From the NCBI GenBank assembly GCA_001244265.2, contig LN717261.1, positions 1,875,591-1,939,590 of the forward strand: 64,000 bases of DNA, given 5' to 3'. How positions within the stretch are numbered: the stretch's first letter is position 1; each line of letters starts with the position of its first letter. This DNA is from Microbotryum violaceum. Its lineage: Eukaryota. Positions 36,960 to 50,399 of this stretch are shown piece after piece. A model generated the notes under the pieces. That model had not been told where the DNA came from. It made no database searches and saw nothing but the letters and a program-made list of their open reading frames with translations. Made by a program: the position numbers and the translations under genes.

Positions 36960-37880
36960 TGACATACTTGTATCACATGAATGAAAAGTTCCACCGCGAG
37001 TGATTCCCAGGCGAATTGCACCACATCGACCGCTATCCGAGGTGGTTGTTGGCGGGCTTGCTGACCCGCACCGGGGGAAGCGTTGCCCATTCTGCGTCGA
37101 CACCGACCACTAGTTTCCCTTCTGGGGGATGTTGTCCGCCATGACTTTCATCAGACGAGTCAAAGCGTACGGTGATTGCACCAAGGTCGGCGTTATCCCC
37201 GGTGGCATCTTGAGAATGCCGTATTCGGAGCCAGAGTGCGACTGGACCCGTGGCGCGAGCGACGGTATCTTGCTCCTCAAGGAAAGGCCATCGGTGTCGG
37301 GTTGATCTGTGTAACAGATCGTGGGTGCCTCGTTACCATACAACTCTAGATGCTTGGTCATCGCTTCGAGCGAAGTCTCGAATGCCGAGTGGCCCTTTGT
37401 TGAGGTAAGCACGTGGGCGCGCACTTCGCCATATTCGTTCCCGACCATGAGCAGTGCGATGAAGGGGGGACCCCTTCAACCTTGGCAATCTGCTTCGGGA
37501 CCTGCAACGATCGGGCGCGGGGCATTAGCTGCTTGCGCTACTGGCCAAGGGCAAGCACGGTTGGTGTTGTAAAGCTAACGTTACCTTGTAACTGTGATCG
37601 ATGGTCTTAATTTTGCAGGGCTTTAGCGATTCAGCATGACTGAAAAGCGTTTCTTGTCTGAAAGACCAGCAGAACATAATCAGTAAACACGACATCTACG
37701 TAACGTTACATCCAACCAAGCACTCACTTTCTCATCACGGAATCATAGAACTCCTGAAGAACCTGAGAATTCGGTACGTGGCCGCAATTACCCGTCGGAT
37801 CTTCCCAGTCTCCGAGAGCAGGGTACAAGCTAGTTGATAGCAAGTCAGCTTCACGCGCCAAGATTGCCGATCGATAGTTC
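36960..37880 (-). mobile_element. Decayed N-terminal/central part of a DDE transposase with an embedded WRN-like 3'-5' exonuclease
   Basis: NEYGEVRAHVLTSTKGH...ICYTDQPDTD...IPSL, then after frameshifts LVVGVDAEW (Exo I) and VDVVQFA. Confidence 0.6.
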
Positions 37881-37902
37881 ACCTCGAGTCGGTCATGAGC
37901 GG

Positions 37903-40177
37903 CGCGATGCGGTGCGCCGGCGGTGGAGTGTCATTCCGGCAGTCGACCAGCGGCATTAGGGGCTGAACAACAGATCAAACCACGTAAATAATCCTGCGCC
38001 ACTCCCTCGAACCTTTCCTTTCTCCCTCCCACTCTCATCCAATTTTAGTGACACTCATTCAAGCACAAACCTTCGCTACTATGCCCTGGTCCCAAGGTCG
38101 CCAGGGAGGGCCATCGCAACCTCGCCAAGTCTTGGGCGCGAGGATAGCGCCGTACCATGGGCCAGCTCGAGCGCCCGCTGCTGGGCGCCCCGCGGCTCGA
38201 CCCTCTTCGTCCCGCACCGATCAACAGAATCAGCCCCCGCGCGTCATGACAACAATGCAACCGATCTTGGCATTGCGACACGTATACGAGCCCGCCGTGC
38301 AGCTGTGCAGAACGGACAGCGTCGTCAGCGCGATGGCCAACTCGACGCTGGGCTCGCCCCACCACCACCACCTCCGCAAAGGCGAGTGCGCCGGGCTCGA
38401 ATCGCGCTCAAACCCCTCAAGCCCCACGTTTCGATCCGCGACGACCTCCGCAGACGGCCGTGTGCACCCACTGCAAGGCTCGGCACTGGGAGTGCGAAAG
38501 GTCGAAGTCGACCAGACACTTCAGCGCGTGCTGCTCGCAGGGCAAGGTGCGGCTACCTCCCCCTCCCCAGCCCAATCTCGAGTATCGGCAGCTTCTTCAA
38601 GGCTCGGATAGCGGTCAGTTGCTCCGTCCAACAACGTTCGTCTGCAGTAGACTCACATGCTGAACTGTTCTACCCACCCACACAGAAGCGGTTGCATTCC
38701 GCGAGAATGCCCGGTCGTACAACAACGCGTTGTCGTTCACTTCGCTCGCTGCCCTCTGGGACCAAACTCAAGTGGGCACGCTAGGACCCCCCGTGTTTCG
38801 CGTGTTTGGTCGCCTCTACCATCGACTCGGCGCCCTGATCCCTGCCGTGACTCAACGCCCAACCTTTGCTCAAACATGGCTCATCGACCCGGCCGAGGCC
38901 ACCGACACTCGACTTGGACCCGACGGCGCAGACAGTCGCATTCAAAGATCAACGCTGACCAAGCTCGAGTCCATGTTGCGCACCGGCAATCGCTTTGTGA
39001 GGGAGTTCGCATCGGCCAAAGCCCGCGCGGGTTGGGATACGGCCAAAGAGTGGGTCCTGCGCCTCTGCCTACCACCAGGCCGAGACCGACGCACCCACAA
39101 CCTTCCTACGTCAAGCACGGAAATGGCGATGCTTCTCTGCGATTCCGACACCAACACGGGAGATCGTGGACCGCAAGACCTTATTCTCCAGGTGCACGGT
39201 GATCGATGTCCCGATGATCGGCCCAAGTACCAAATCGTTAGCTCGCTCCATCCGTCTGCGATGCCTCTCCGGTAGCCACTACTATTTCCTGCAGGGGAAG
39301 ATGGCTTCCACCCCAGCATTTCTCTTTGCGGGTTTCGCCAAGCTGGGCTGCCAATCACCAGAAACCGAGAGCAGATCGACAATGGTGTCCAACCGCGCGA
39401 GGTACTTGCGGGTCTCAGTCTTGATGACGGAGGCGAAGAGGAGGACGAAGACCGCGACGATGAGGATGAAGACCGCGAGGAAGGGGACGAAGAGGATGGT
39501 GATAGCGAACGTACGCTTCTTCAGCTCTTTCTCTGATGTTCCATTCTGTCTAAGGCGCAAGCACAGACTGACATTGAACTTTTGAACACCTAGGACGAAG
39601 GTCAAGTAAAGGGTCGAGGTGGCGAGTCTCGCGTTCACCATTCTTTGCGCACTACTTGCCAAACGCGACGAGTACTTCTCAATCCCGCATTGCACCCAAC
39701 GTCCCATCCTGGAGTTTGTGATTTACGGATATCCTCCCTAGTCGAGACCGATCGACTCAACACATCCGATTGCATCAAGAGAACCTACGCCTCACCACGA
39801 CCCAAGGCATCAACGGCTTGACCCCGAACCAAATCGCGACATCACGCAGCGATACCAGGATGCGTTGGCGTGCGTTGTCAAACATGGAAAGCCTCCGCTG
39901 CTCATCACGATGACGTACGACCCCGACTCACCGGAAACCAAGGCTGCACTGGGGCCGATAAAGCATGCAACCGTCCGGATCTCATTGCACGAGTGTTTGA
40001 AGCCAAGTCCGGCAACAAGCGACACGCAGGCTGTTTCGGCGATGAATGTAAGATGAATAGATTTTATTTCTTTGCTGTATTTCATGTTGAACCTCTGCGC
40101 TGATATCATGTAGACTGTTCGATTATCCTGCTATTTTTTGAATTTCATCCTTCGTTAATTTAACGGGTTCCCACTGG
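37903..40177 (+). mobile_element. Helitron family 1, copy B (5'-truncated)
   Basis: CTHCKARHW...CCSQGKVRLPP, SFTSL, GPPVFRVFGRLYH, RRTHNLPT, RPDLIARVFEAK; hairpin + CTGG|T at 40174-40177. Confidence 0.92.
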
Positions 40178-41221
40178 TTTTTGAAAAAGTAAGACGGGAC
40201 CGACGGGCGCGGGTGGTCGAGCGCGCGCCCACAGCTATCGGGAACGTCGCCCGCCAGTTTGAGGCCAATTCCAGGCCGCGCTAAAATCGGGGAGGTCTCC
40301 CAGGCTGGATTTCAATGATTATCATTCTCAGTCTGCCCAAAGTCATACCGGACATGGCGTCGTAATCGAGTCATCGTCATCGACCCAAGCGATCATCGAT
40401 CAAAAACCCAACATTACATCTTCCAACGTCTTGAACCCATTCGACGGGCCGGCGTACCCACTTCTCCCTTACTCCAAGCAAGCCCGTCAACGCTTCACTC
40501 CTGACTCTTTGCCGCCCCCCACCCCCACTCGATACGAAAACCGGCCCAGATCGACGAATCGAGTCGCCGTGAATACTCGGCCCTCGGACCGCTGTCGGCG
40601 CCTGGGGAGCAAAAGATTTCATACTCCTCTCGGATTCATGTTCAACACCTCTGTGAGGCATTGCACAGCTATGCACCTTCGTGCACGCTCGGATCAAATA
40701 GGTCTCCCTCGATCTTTGTTGCGGACGTTCCATCGCCGAGTGCGCGTCCAATCGAAGTGGAGAAGAAGCAGCTAAGGGCGAGGACCACGATCCACAAGGA
40801 ATGATCAGCGGGCCAATATGCGGTATGAAGAGTCGGCGACAGAGTGAGCTATTTGTGGAGAAACGGCAGTGATATGCAACTTGGGCGGGCAGTGAATTGA
40901 AGGGCATGTGAGGCGCAGGCTCGAGCGCGGGACACTCAAGCGCAGCACCACCGTGGATGACAGTGCAGGACCGTGCCAAACCCGGGGCGCGGTTGGGGCC
41001 CGAGAAGCCTCCCGTACGGCAACTCACCCGTGTCGAGCGATCGTCCTTTTCGAGCAGGAACGTGCCTAGACCGCAGCCGAACTCGAGTCGAGTAGAGTCG
41101 AGCGCCGCAAAAGTCCTCGGAATTAGCTAAGGCTCGCTTCATACAATTTACGCCAACGATATATCAATGCACAAGCAACACATTCGTTTATTCTTTTGAC
41201 TGGTCCCAAATTTATCGCTCT

Positions 41222-42828
41222 CTAGTGCAAGTCCTCCCCTCCAAGGGCCTTCAACTCGTCATCCCTCAAACTCTTCGCCAACTCCGTCCCTCCCGGAATC
41301 CCACTCATCTCCCTCTCGTCATCCTCGACCTTCCTCCCCACCTTGACCTTTTTCTTCTTCACCACCTCTTCTACTCCCTCACCCTCACCGCCACTGCCCT
41401 CATCCTTGACCTTTTTCCCCCTCCTCGCTTTCCTCTTTGGCCTCACACTCGTGCTCTCCACCGTTTCCCCATCCATCCCCTCCTCGACCTTGGTCTCCAC
41501 CACCTCATTCTCACTCTCCACTTTCAAAACCACATCCTCATCCCCTCCCTCCCACATCTTCCCCTTCTTCCCCTGCTCCCAACCAACCCCTTCAGCGGGC
41601 ACCACTCTATGAAATCCATTGAAGTGACCCCCTTGGCCGAACAGTTCTCGCATCCTCTCCCATACCTGACCAACAAAGAATGTAAGCCATACTTGAGATA
41701 ATCGGGTATACGTACGTTGAGTTGGAAGAAAGTTTCGTCGCGTGAGGCGGAGGGGGGTACCCAGTTGAGCGATTTGGTGATGCGGTGTACGTGGCCGAGA
41801 GAGGGGGAAGGGTAGATAGGGAGGGAAGGGGGGGGGGGGGGGGGGGGTCAGTTAAGTTGGGGATAGACTTTGAGAGGTCCTTCAGCATCTAAGGACGGGA
41901 CTCACGTATCAACAGAGAATGATTCCCTCCCGAGACAGAATAGCACCACGCATGAAGCAGTCTTACTCCGACCAAGTCGAACGAGCACGATTCCTTCATC
42001 GCCTCCTTATCGGACTGCCGAAACATCAAACCCGCACGAACAATCACCACCAATTAAGAGATCCGTCACGCTGAAAAACCTCACCATCTTGTGCAAATAG
42101 TCCAACGTCAATTGCCCCTTCCCTTGTTGCCTCTCATCCAACCTCCTCAAAATCTTGACAATACTCTTCGCCTTGACCTTGGCCAAACCACCACACCGAA
42201 TCGTCTCCTGCAACATCTCCTCCCCACCTTCCAAAACGGTCCTATACTCTGCCCTTCCACAAACGCGATCCATCGCGTTCTTCGCATTAGTCGAATGAAA
42301 ACTGGTCGTATTCTGACTCAAAGTCGTCCGAATCAAAGCATCCAACACATCGGGCGTCTGACCACAACCCGCGATAGCGTTCGGTTGATCTTGGAACACT
42401 TTAGGCCTCACTGGTACTCCATGCCCTTTACACAACCTCGCGTACACCTCTTGACATTCCTCCGGCGTCGGTCGAATCATCTCGGGATAAGGTGAAACGC
42501 CCACCATTCTATCAAGGTTCGCGAGTTTCTTCACTGGAGCGGGTGAAAGACCGACGCCGGTGGGTGTTTCGCCTTTGGTTTTGAAAGAGTCGAGTGTATT
42601 CTTGACGGGCGTCTTTTTGATCGGAGTCATGTAGGCGTCTACCTCGGGGAGTTCGATCTTGATTTCTTCTCCTTTGTAGGAGATGGAAATACTAGACCTG
42701 GTCGCTCGTCTCGGTGTCGACAAAGGTGCAGGAAGAGGCGCATCGGATTTGAGCGGCGAAGATTTCTTTGTTGGTGTATCGAGCGCGACGGCCAAGGTCG
42801 TCTTGGTTCGGGTACTGGTTCGAAGCAT
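41222..42828 (-). pseudogene. HhH-GPD (endonuclease III-family) DNA glycosylase, apparently disrupted
   Basis: LDALIRTTLSQNT, IRCGGLAKVKA, KTASCVVLFCL, VDTHVHRI, LHSLLVRYGRGC. Lesions: 1-bp frameshift at ~41965 in the HhH motif, intron-2 acceptor reading CGG at 41797-41795, second frameshift ~41570. Confidence 0.85.
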
Positions 42829-43743
42829 GCTGCTTCAAAGTATGAAACTGGTACCTTTTGTCAGTAAAGACTCTCGCTGCGCGTGGTTCTAGTTCAAGTG
42901 CAAGCGGTGAAGTGAACGTCGTCCTTTTTAGGCAAGTCACCTCCGACGTCAATTTTAGCAAGTGCCCAGCTCGAAGCTTTCGACGATCAAATCTGAATAG
43001 CGTTACCCACTCGAATGAAGCCTGCAGCAGAACCCGGTAAGAACAACCCAGCGTTCGAATCGCAATATCCTCGTAAAAAAATAACTTCAAAGGGTGCTCC
43101 TCACGCTCCCCAAAGGAGGTGCTGGCCTCCCGGATCGGCGATCCGCATGAACTTCAGCCGACCGCACACGATGGCCCGGCGCAATGGCATCATGCCGATC
43201 GCGACCGAGGTCAACACCGGGAGGACGCTTTGAACGTCTCAGAAGGAAGTTCTGTTTTCCATCATCCCGTTCAAAATGAGGAGGTTCTGACCAACTCACC
43301 TGAATTCTTGCGTAAGATAAGGTGCAGGTAATGAGCAGTGACAACGATGGCCGATCGGAGCGAGGACCCGGAGGGAGAAAGTGGGGTACGAGCCGGCCAG
43401 TCCGTACGCCGAAAGGGCAACCCGGAGGGTGGAAAACTGTCCAAGTATGTTTGCAAAGGCGAGGGTTGGAGGGGTGGAAAATACGTCTTTCAATGTGGTG
43501 AACTGTGTGTAGTGGGAGGAAGCGAGAGTGCGGAGCGAGCGAACAACCGAGCGGGTCGACGTCGATCACATATACATTCGTCATCGACAAGACGAGCGGT
43601 TGAATTCATTTGGCCAGAATTCGAAACGAACACTTCCCTTCGGTAGCAGGAGTCAACTCTGGAGTTTCTTTCGATAAATATGAATTTCGACAAGAGAATC
43701 ATTAAGTAGTAATAAGAACCCGCCCCTGCTCCACTCCAAAAAT

Positions 43744-45072
43744 TCAGAGCTGCATCCCCACTTCAAAGTCGACCCTCGCCGCCCTCTTCCTCAATTCCTC
43801 CCTCGACCTGACTACCGGCTGATGTAGCTTCGGGTTCTTCACACCGCCTCCTTTAGCCGTATCTGTGGGTCGAGAACGAGGTGTTTTGAGCTCCACAAAC
43901 ACGCCATCAAGGGTGCCGATCGTGTAGCCCGCTGGGTTGACCTGATCAGAGTACGAAAGTGGAGGTGGGGTGGCAAAGAAGGATAGTCAATTCTCGCGAA
44001 CGGGCTTCGGCAGTGGTGTGCTCCCGACCCGTAACTTCACATCACAAGGTTGGCCCGTCGGAATGCTAAGAAAATCCCAACTCACGATCGGTCTCGTCGT
44101 CTTCACAAACGTCGCCGTCCCCCCATCTTTCCTGACCGAATACGAGTACTCCCGCCCATCCTGGTTAGATACGGCGGTCGTCACCGTATTCGGAGGGACG
44201 CTCGACGTTTCTTTTTCTAACAGTTGTTCTTGGGCGTCTTGCTCGAGGGATCGCTTGAGGCGTTTGGGACCGTTGACGAGGAGTTGGAGGAGCGAGTCGG
44301 GGATTGTAGGAGGGTTAGTCGGTGTAGGAGCGGAGTGGTGTTTCGTGTGCGTTGGGGAAGCCGTGTTGGAAGGGTGAGAATGACGCTCAGTGGATGAGGT
44401 AGACTCATCGTGCGTCGAGTCGCTTGTCTTTGTCGAGGTCAGAGTCGATATTGAAGTCGGTGCAGAGCTCGAGGTTGCAGCTGGCGCGGCGGAGGTGGTC
44501 GTCGAGAATGGCTTGCCGGTGTAGGTGACATAACCCGTCAACGTGCCAATGGTATAACCGCCTGGGTTGACCTGTCGAGAGAACAAGGCCAAGTGAGCAT
44601 TTCCCTTCGCGCCAGTCGGCTCGGACTCGCTCCGGCTTCGAGATGCAAGCGTGCTTACAATTGGCTTGGTCGTATAGATATACGTCGCTACTGTGCCATT
44701 CTTAGTCGAGAACGAATACTCGGACCTTTCAGTCCTCTTGGCCCACCTCCCTCTCCGCACCGCACTCGCACTCGACTCGATAGCTCCATGATGCCGCTGC
44801 TGTTCCTCGATGACGCTCTCCCACCTCTTCTCCTGGCCCTTCACCAAGCCCAGCATAACCCCGAGTAATATGAGCAAGACAACAATAACACCTCCCAAAG
44901 AGATATACGATCTCTTATTCCTCCTCGCCCTGCGTCGCGCATCAACTTCTTCCTCTGCCGAGAGGTCGATCTCGCGAGGAGTAGAAGAGGAGGAAATTTC
45001 CTCTTGGACAACGTCGTGATACGCTTCTTCGTGGCGTTCATCCTCCTTTTCGAGGACGTAAATTTGGGACAT
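43744..45072 (-). CDS. Single-pass membrane protein with two copies of an unknown ~40-aa motif around a Ser/Thr-rich linker
   Basis: TM ISLGGVIVVLLILLGVMLGLV. Repeats EYSFSTKNGTVATYIYTTKPI|VNPGGYTIGTLTG and EYSYSVRKDGGTATFVKTTRPI|VNPAGYTIGTLDG. Introns 44658-44572 and 44085-43942; stop TGA 43746-43744. Confidence 0.75.
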
Positions 45073-46099
45073 GACGTTTCGTCAAGAGTCCCGTGTGGAA
45101 GGAAGAACTGCGACAAACCGCGAATGCCTCGACGCGTTCCCGACGTCGGCTTCTCTGTTCTCGGTCTCCGCGCCACGACGCGCTAACTCCGCTAGCGGGG
45201 CACGGACCGTTGGTACACATCGCCGCGCGAAACTGATGGGCTCTGCATGGGCGGGCCCGGCTCCTGGCCTCCGCCTGGGATTTGCGTGGGGCCCAGCCTG
45301 CAGACCGGCATGGAATCGACTCGCGCGTGTCCATGGGAGCTCCGCGCCGACTCCATCGAGATCCCGCGCGCTAACCCACATGGCCACCGGGGTTGGGACT
45401 TAGACGGGCCCCATTGGAATCTCGCGCAGGTTCCATGTAGCTTCCCGCATTTGCGCTGTATGGGCATACCGTATGGCCTCGAGGTGGACATCTCATAGTC
45501 ACGCTATGGCGAACCGTATAGGTTTGATAGAAATGAATTTCATGGAAGCCAGGTGGATACGCTGCAGAGCCTTTGCGGTCACCAACGTAGGCCCGGCATA
45601 GATTCCTTGTGGCGGCCGCCAAATACAAGATCATCCTGAAACGGTACACCCGATAGTCTCATTGGTCCCAGGTGGTCGGGGACTCTCGGCGATGAGAGAT
45701 CTTGGATGCACAGCACGTCCGGAGCCGAAATTCGTGGCCCCTGGGTGCCTCTCGGTGAAGATGGTCACAGGCTGACTCCGACGAATGGCCGCTTGGCCGA
45801 AAGTTCCGCTCCGCCAGGCACCTCCAGGCACTGCCAAACACCTCGCCCCGGCTCAGTTCGGCGAGACGCCCACACCTGGTTCCCCTTCCGCCTTTCCGCC
45901 GTGCGTCGTGTTCGTCCTCAGTGCCCCACATTCCGGACGGCGCGCCCTTAATCATGGACCCAGGCGCCATCCTCGAGAAAGGTCAGCGCCTGAACGAACC
46001 CTTGATCCACCATACGCAAACGCGGGGCCGCAGCACAGCTGACTCGTGTCGGGCGGGCTGCGCTTGGCCAAACCCACGCAGACTTCGTCATCCAAACTT

Positions 46100-47560
46100 C
46101 TTCCGTTCGATCAGCCATCGGATTCGTGTGCAAATACTGTGGCTCTGGGCGTCTGAGGAGAAGCGGTGCAATCAAGCATGCCGCTTCAGGGAAACACCAA
46201 GCGAACGTATCCGGCGTGGGCCAGGGACGCGGGGCCGTCTCCGCCCCCGCGTTGGCCAAATATACCTTCCTGGATTCAACAGACGAGCAAGGGGTGGACA
46301 GTACGGAGCTAGGGTGCGAGCAGGGTGTGTGGGAGCAGGATACGTATCAGACACCGGTACGCCCGTGACGTAATTGGGGTGGCGCTGATCCCTCCTGAGT
46401 GCTGAGGGCTGAGTGCCCAACGCATCGCAGTCGTTCGATCCCGAACCTTACGCGGCCTCCGAAGAAGACTCCGACGATAAGCATGAATGCAGCGAGATCG
46501 AAGTCGTTAATTCCAACCCCTTCGACGGAGACGCCGGTCTCGCCAACGTCCAGCCCGGTTCGGACGAGCTTCCGGCGATGCCTTCGAACCGAGTCGAGGT
46601 GAGCAGTCGCTGACTTTATCCCTCTCGAGCACCGGCATTGATCAACATCCGACTCGTATCTCACAGTGGAGACCTGGTCTCCACCACGGTATCGACGAGG
46701 TGCTCGCATCTCGTCGACGGTGCCTCCTCCCGACCATCCCTTTTATCCGTTCCCCGACCCGTTGGTACGTTCTGACTACTACGAGCTGTCGGGGACACCG
46801 GGCTGAGCGACGGCTTGACGCAGATGATGATTATTGTTCTCTTTGTGCGGTCTCTCAAACGTCGAGTCGGTGTGCAAGAGCTGGAGGACTTGCTCGACTT
46901 TGCGGCGGCCACCGGCACCACTGGGCTTCCGGCCGCGTCCACTGTCAGACCCTTTCTTGACAAGTTGGAAAAGGAGGTCCCGCTGTTCAGGGCCATCGAG
47001 ATGAAAAAGGACAAGGACCGGTCGGTATACGTCGTGTCGCCTCGGGACTACATCGCTTCAGTGAGTTCGAGTCGCCTCTCGAACGTGTCCAACCTGGCGC
47101 GCTGACGCTAGATACGCGGAGCACACCCACCCGCCCAGCACTTTGCAAGGCCGTCCACCGCACGAGCGATGGAGCACTACCTCAACCCGCACACGTCGAC
47201 TCGGCACACCACAGTCGTCGCTGGCTCAGTGACCTTCCCCCTCGCTTCTCCGCCCCGATGACCCGGGTCCGTGGAGTCTACTCCTTTGTTGACTACTTTG
47301 TCGATGAGATCTTTACGCTGAAAGGGAGTACTCAATACGGATTCGTCGAACGTTTTGTGTCTTTTAAAGGCGAGGTCCACGCTATCGTTTGTTCGGCCAC
47401 CGTCGCCCAGGGTTCTCGAATCGACGTCGTACCGGCCGCCGGCCGCGGCATCAAGCCATGGCCCCATTTCAATCCAGCGAGCTGGTGCCTGGTTCCTGTC
47501 ACGGCGCTCGGTCAACCAGTTCACGACATTGGGCCAAAGGGGTCTCCGGCACGGATAAGT
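46100..47560 (+). mobile_element. Decayed DNA-transposon-like coding remnant with a C2H2-type zinc finger
   Basis: CKYCGSGRLRRSGAIKHAASGKH followed by broken frames (LPAASTVRPFLDKLE...VYVVSPRDYIA; YFVDEIFTL); family not assigned. Confidence 0.35.
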
Positions 47561-47968
47561 GAGTATTCCTGCCAGGTCGCATCTGTAGCGCGACTTGCTT
47601 CGTAACCACAGCGGTCGCTCTATTCCCTAGACATCCGTAGCTCCGACGCAGTCGACATCGAGCGCCCCTGCCTCTCTTTTTGATCGATCGCACTCTGGCG
47701 CGCGGGAAATTGCTGCTTGTCACGCCGCTTCGAATGTTCCTCGACGATCTGGCCGCAACGGAGTCCAAGCGCTGGAATCCCATGTACGCGGTGAGTCTAG
47801 TTGAATGCAACGCAGCCGCGCTCAGTCCGCCGCCCGTGGGTCTCCCATTGGGGTCGAGACTTGCCAGCCGAGCCGACTTGAGTGTGCCGCGCTGGACCCC
47901 GCATGTTCGAGCGCATTTGTCCAGTGTGCCCCTTGCCCTCACTTCCGCCGTTGCATCGCCACTCTACC

Positions 47969-49161
47969 ATGGAGCATTTGTTCTTCGATCCCTCGTCCGA
48001 TTCGGAGCAGGACCAGTCGGCTCGCTCGACATGGTGCCTCGCCGCCAACAAGACTGTTGCCGAAGTGCTGGCGATCGAGCTGCCAGCAGCGGACGCCTCG
48101 CTGCGAATCGTTATCACAAAGGACGACCTTGTCATGCTCAGCAAAATGGCTCCTCCACCTAGACCCACAGTCTCCAGCAGGCGCGAGTTCCGACAGCTCA
48201 ACCTCCTCCACGGCGCGATCGCTGACGGCTACCGTTCCTTGGCCGTTGGCGACGATCGTCTCGCACTCGACTACGAGCGAGTGTGGGCCGAGCTCGACGT
48301 CGTGGAACGCATCCAGGCACGCTTCCGTCGATCTTTGGCCTGGTTGGACAAGCTTAAAGGGAATGCGAGGGAGGTACTGACCGACGCCCTTTGGACGGCG
48401 GTCTGGGACGCCCGCAACGCCCCGGAAGAAGGCCCGTCGCGCGAGTCACTTGTGAGCTTCCTCAGTACGTCTCAATTGGTATTACCCCCAACTTCTAGTA
48501 GAGTTACTCCGTGACTGATCCAAGTGGCCCTCCTACCCCTGCCTGCCGTTGGTCGCGTCAGGTGACGACTGGTTGGGGGAATTTGTCGTCAACTACGCCA
48601 TCGCGGACATCATCCAGCTTGCCCGCTCAAACCCAGAGCTGCCTTCGAGACGATACGAACTCATTCCGTCGGATTGTTTGACAATTGCAATCCATCCATC
48701 CGCTACGGGAACGACCCTGGACAAGTATTGCTTCGAGGCTTGGCTGGTGCGGATCTCGGGATGGCCGTGCGCGACCCTCGGGGCAATCCGTCGACACATC
48801 ATCAAGCATCCCGAGGCAATCTGGTTTCTTCCGATCTGTGATGGTTCCCACTGGTTCCTCGCTCGCTTGGACATCGCCAACAACAAATGGGAACTCTAAT
48901 TCGATGGCCTCGCGAACGCTCGACGAAAGGGTTTTGGCAACGCTCGGCGACCTCTTTCGATTGCTCGGCCTGAAGCTCGACGCCAACAAGCCGATCATGC
49001 CTTCGACCCCACAGCAACTCGAATCCTCATCCTGTGGTCCTGCGGTTATCAACATTGTCGAGAACGAGCTCCTGGCCTACACGGCGGCCTTCGATCCAGG
49101 GCGGCCTAAAATATCCCGAGCCCGGCAGTTCCAGAGGCTTCTCGGTGACTTCCCCAGTTGA
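47969..49161 (+). pseudogene. Ulp1-like (C48) cysteine peptidase remnant, probably transposon-borne
   Basis: WLGEFVVN, FLPICDGSHWFL, PQQLESSSCGP motifs; stop/frameshift at ~48897. Confidence 0.7.
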
Positions 49162-50399
49162 CCACGAAACTTGGTTACGTCACCCACTGGAGTGGCGGAT
49201 GATGGGCCAGTCGAGGGCGAGCCGCTGCCCAGCGAGATGGGTCGTCCGCCAGCCAAGCCCCGCGCGGGCGCCTCGCGGTTTGCTGCGACCCCGCAGCTTC
49301 GCGACCTCCCACCCACCGCCACACAGCGACATCGCAGTGCTTCTTCCAACCCTATGGTAAGCCCATCTCACCTGGTCTCAGTCCCCTGGTCTCAGCACGC
49401 TTCGTTTGCTCCCAGCTCAAGCCACCCCCCTTCCGCAAGAAGTGCTCGAACTGACCGGATCGGACTTGACACGTCGTCCTCCCCTCCAGCGCACGCGAAT
49501 AGCGTCATCGGTCCGGCGCGATGAAGGCGGTGCACCCCCGATGTTCTCCGCCTCCCGCACTCCTCGCACGGCTATCGCTCTAAGCGATATCACCAACAAC
49601 CTTGTCGACACAAAACCGGACCTCTCGGCCGGCAAGAAGAAAGTCCCTGCGGGGGCTCACCAGCGAGCCCCTCGAACAGGCCAAGCCCAGCAAAGCCGCC
49701 GCCGCGACGGCCTCTGATGCAAAGCCTGTCAAGCCCGTCGAGCCCGTCGAGCTTCTCAAGCTTGAGAAGCCTGAGAGGGTCCGTCGATCAAACTACGGGC
49801 CAGAACCCTGACGCTTTGCGCTAAATCCCGATTTACGTCTTGGCCGACGTGCTGCCTGACTCGTTAATGGGCACAGTCGAGTGGAGTGGACGCTGTCGCC
49901 GAGGACGACGACTCGCTCCACGCGTCCACCCACAGCAGCGACGGTGACCTGCACGAGGCAGGTCACCGCCTCGATGCCCTCACCACCAGCGACAATGAAA
50001 GCGAAGAGGAAAAATCTCCCGTGAGTATCGAGCGTATAACCAAAACGACATTCCTATACCCGCACTAACGACGCGACGCGCGGTATGCAGTTGGGATCAG
50101 ATTCAGGAGGCCCCGAGACGGAGAGCGACCACTTGCAGCAACCTTTGAAGAAGGTGAGGCCACTGCGGTTGTGCGAGGCAATCTCCTAAAGAGCTGACCG
50201 ATAGATATCTTACATGTGCACCTCCACCTTCCCGACCACAGCACACTTCACAGGCCTCTTCAAAAAGACAGAGAAATGACACACCGGACGACCTGTCGGA
50301 CTGCTCGGAAGACAATCTCCCCCTGGTATGTTGCTATACCGCCTGATACCAAAAGCGGCGGTGGCTGACCTCGCTGACGACTTGGACTGATCGGTCATC

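Noticed and set aside
40200-41150. ORFs 40377-41027(-) and 40431-40775(+)
   Set aside because: No domain, splice or repeat support.
43015-43700. Several short overlapping ORFs
   Set aside because: No recognisable product or consistent exon structure.
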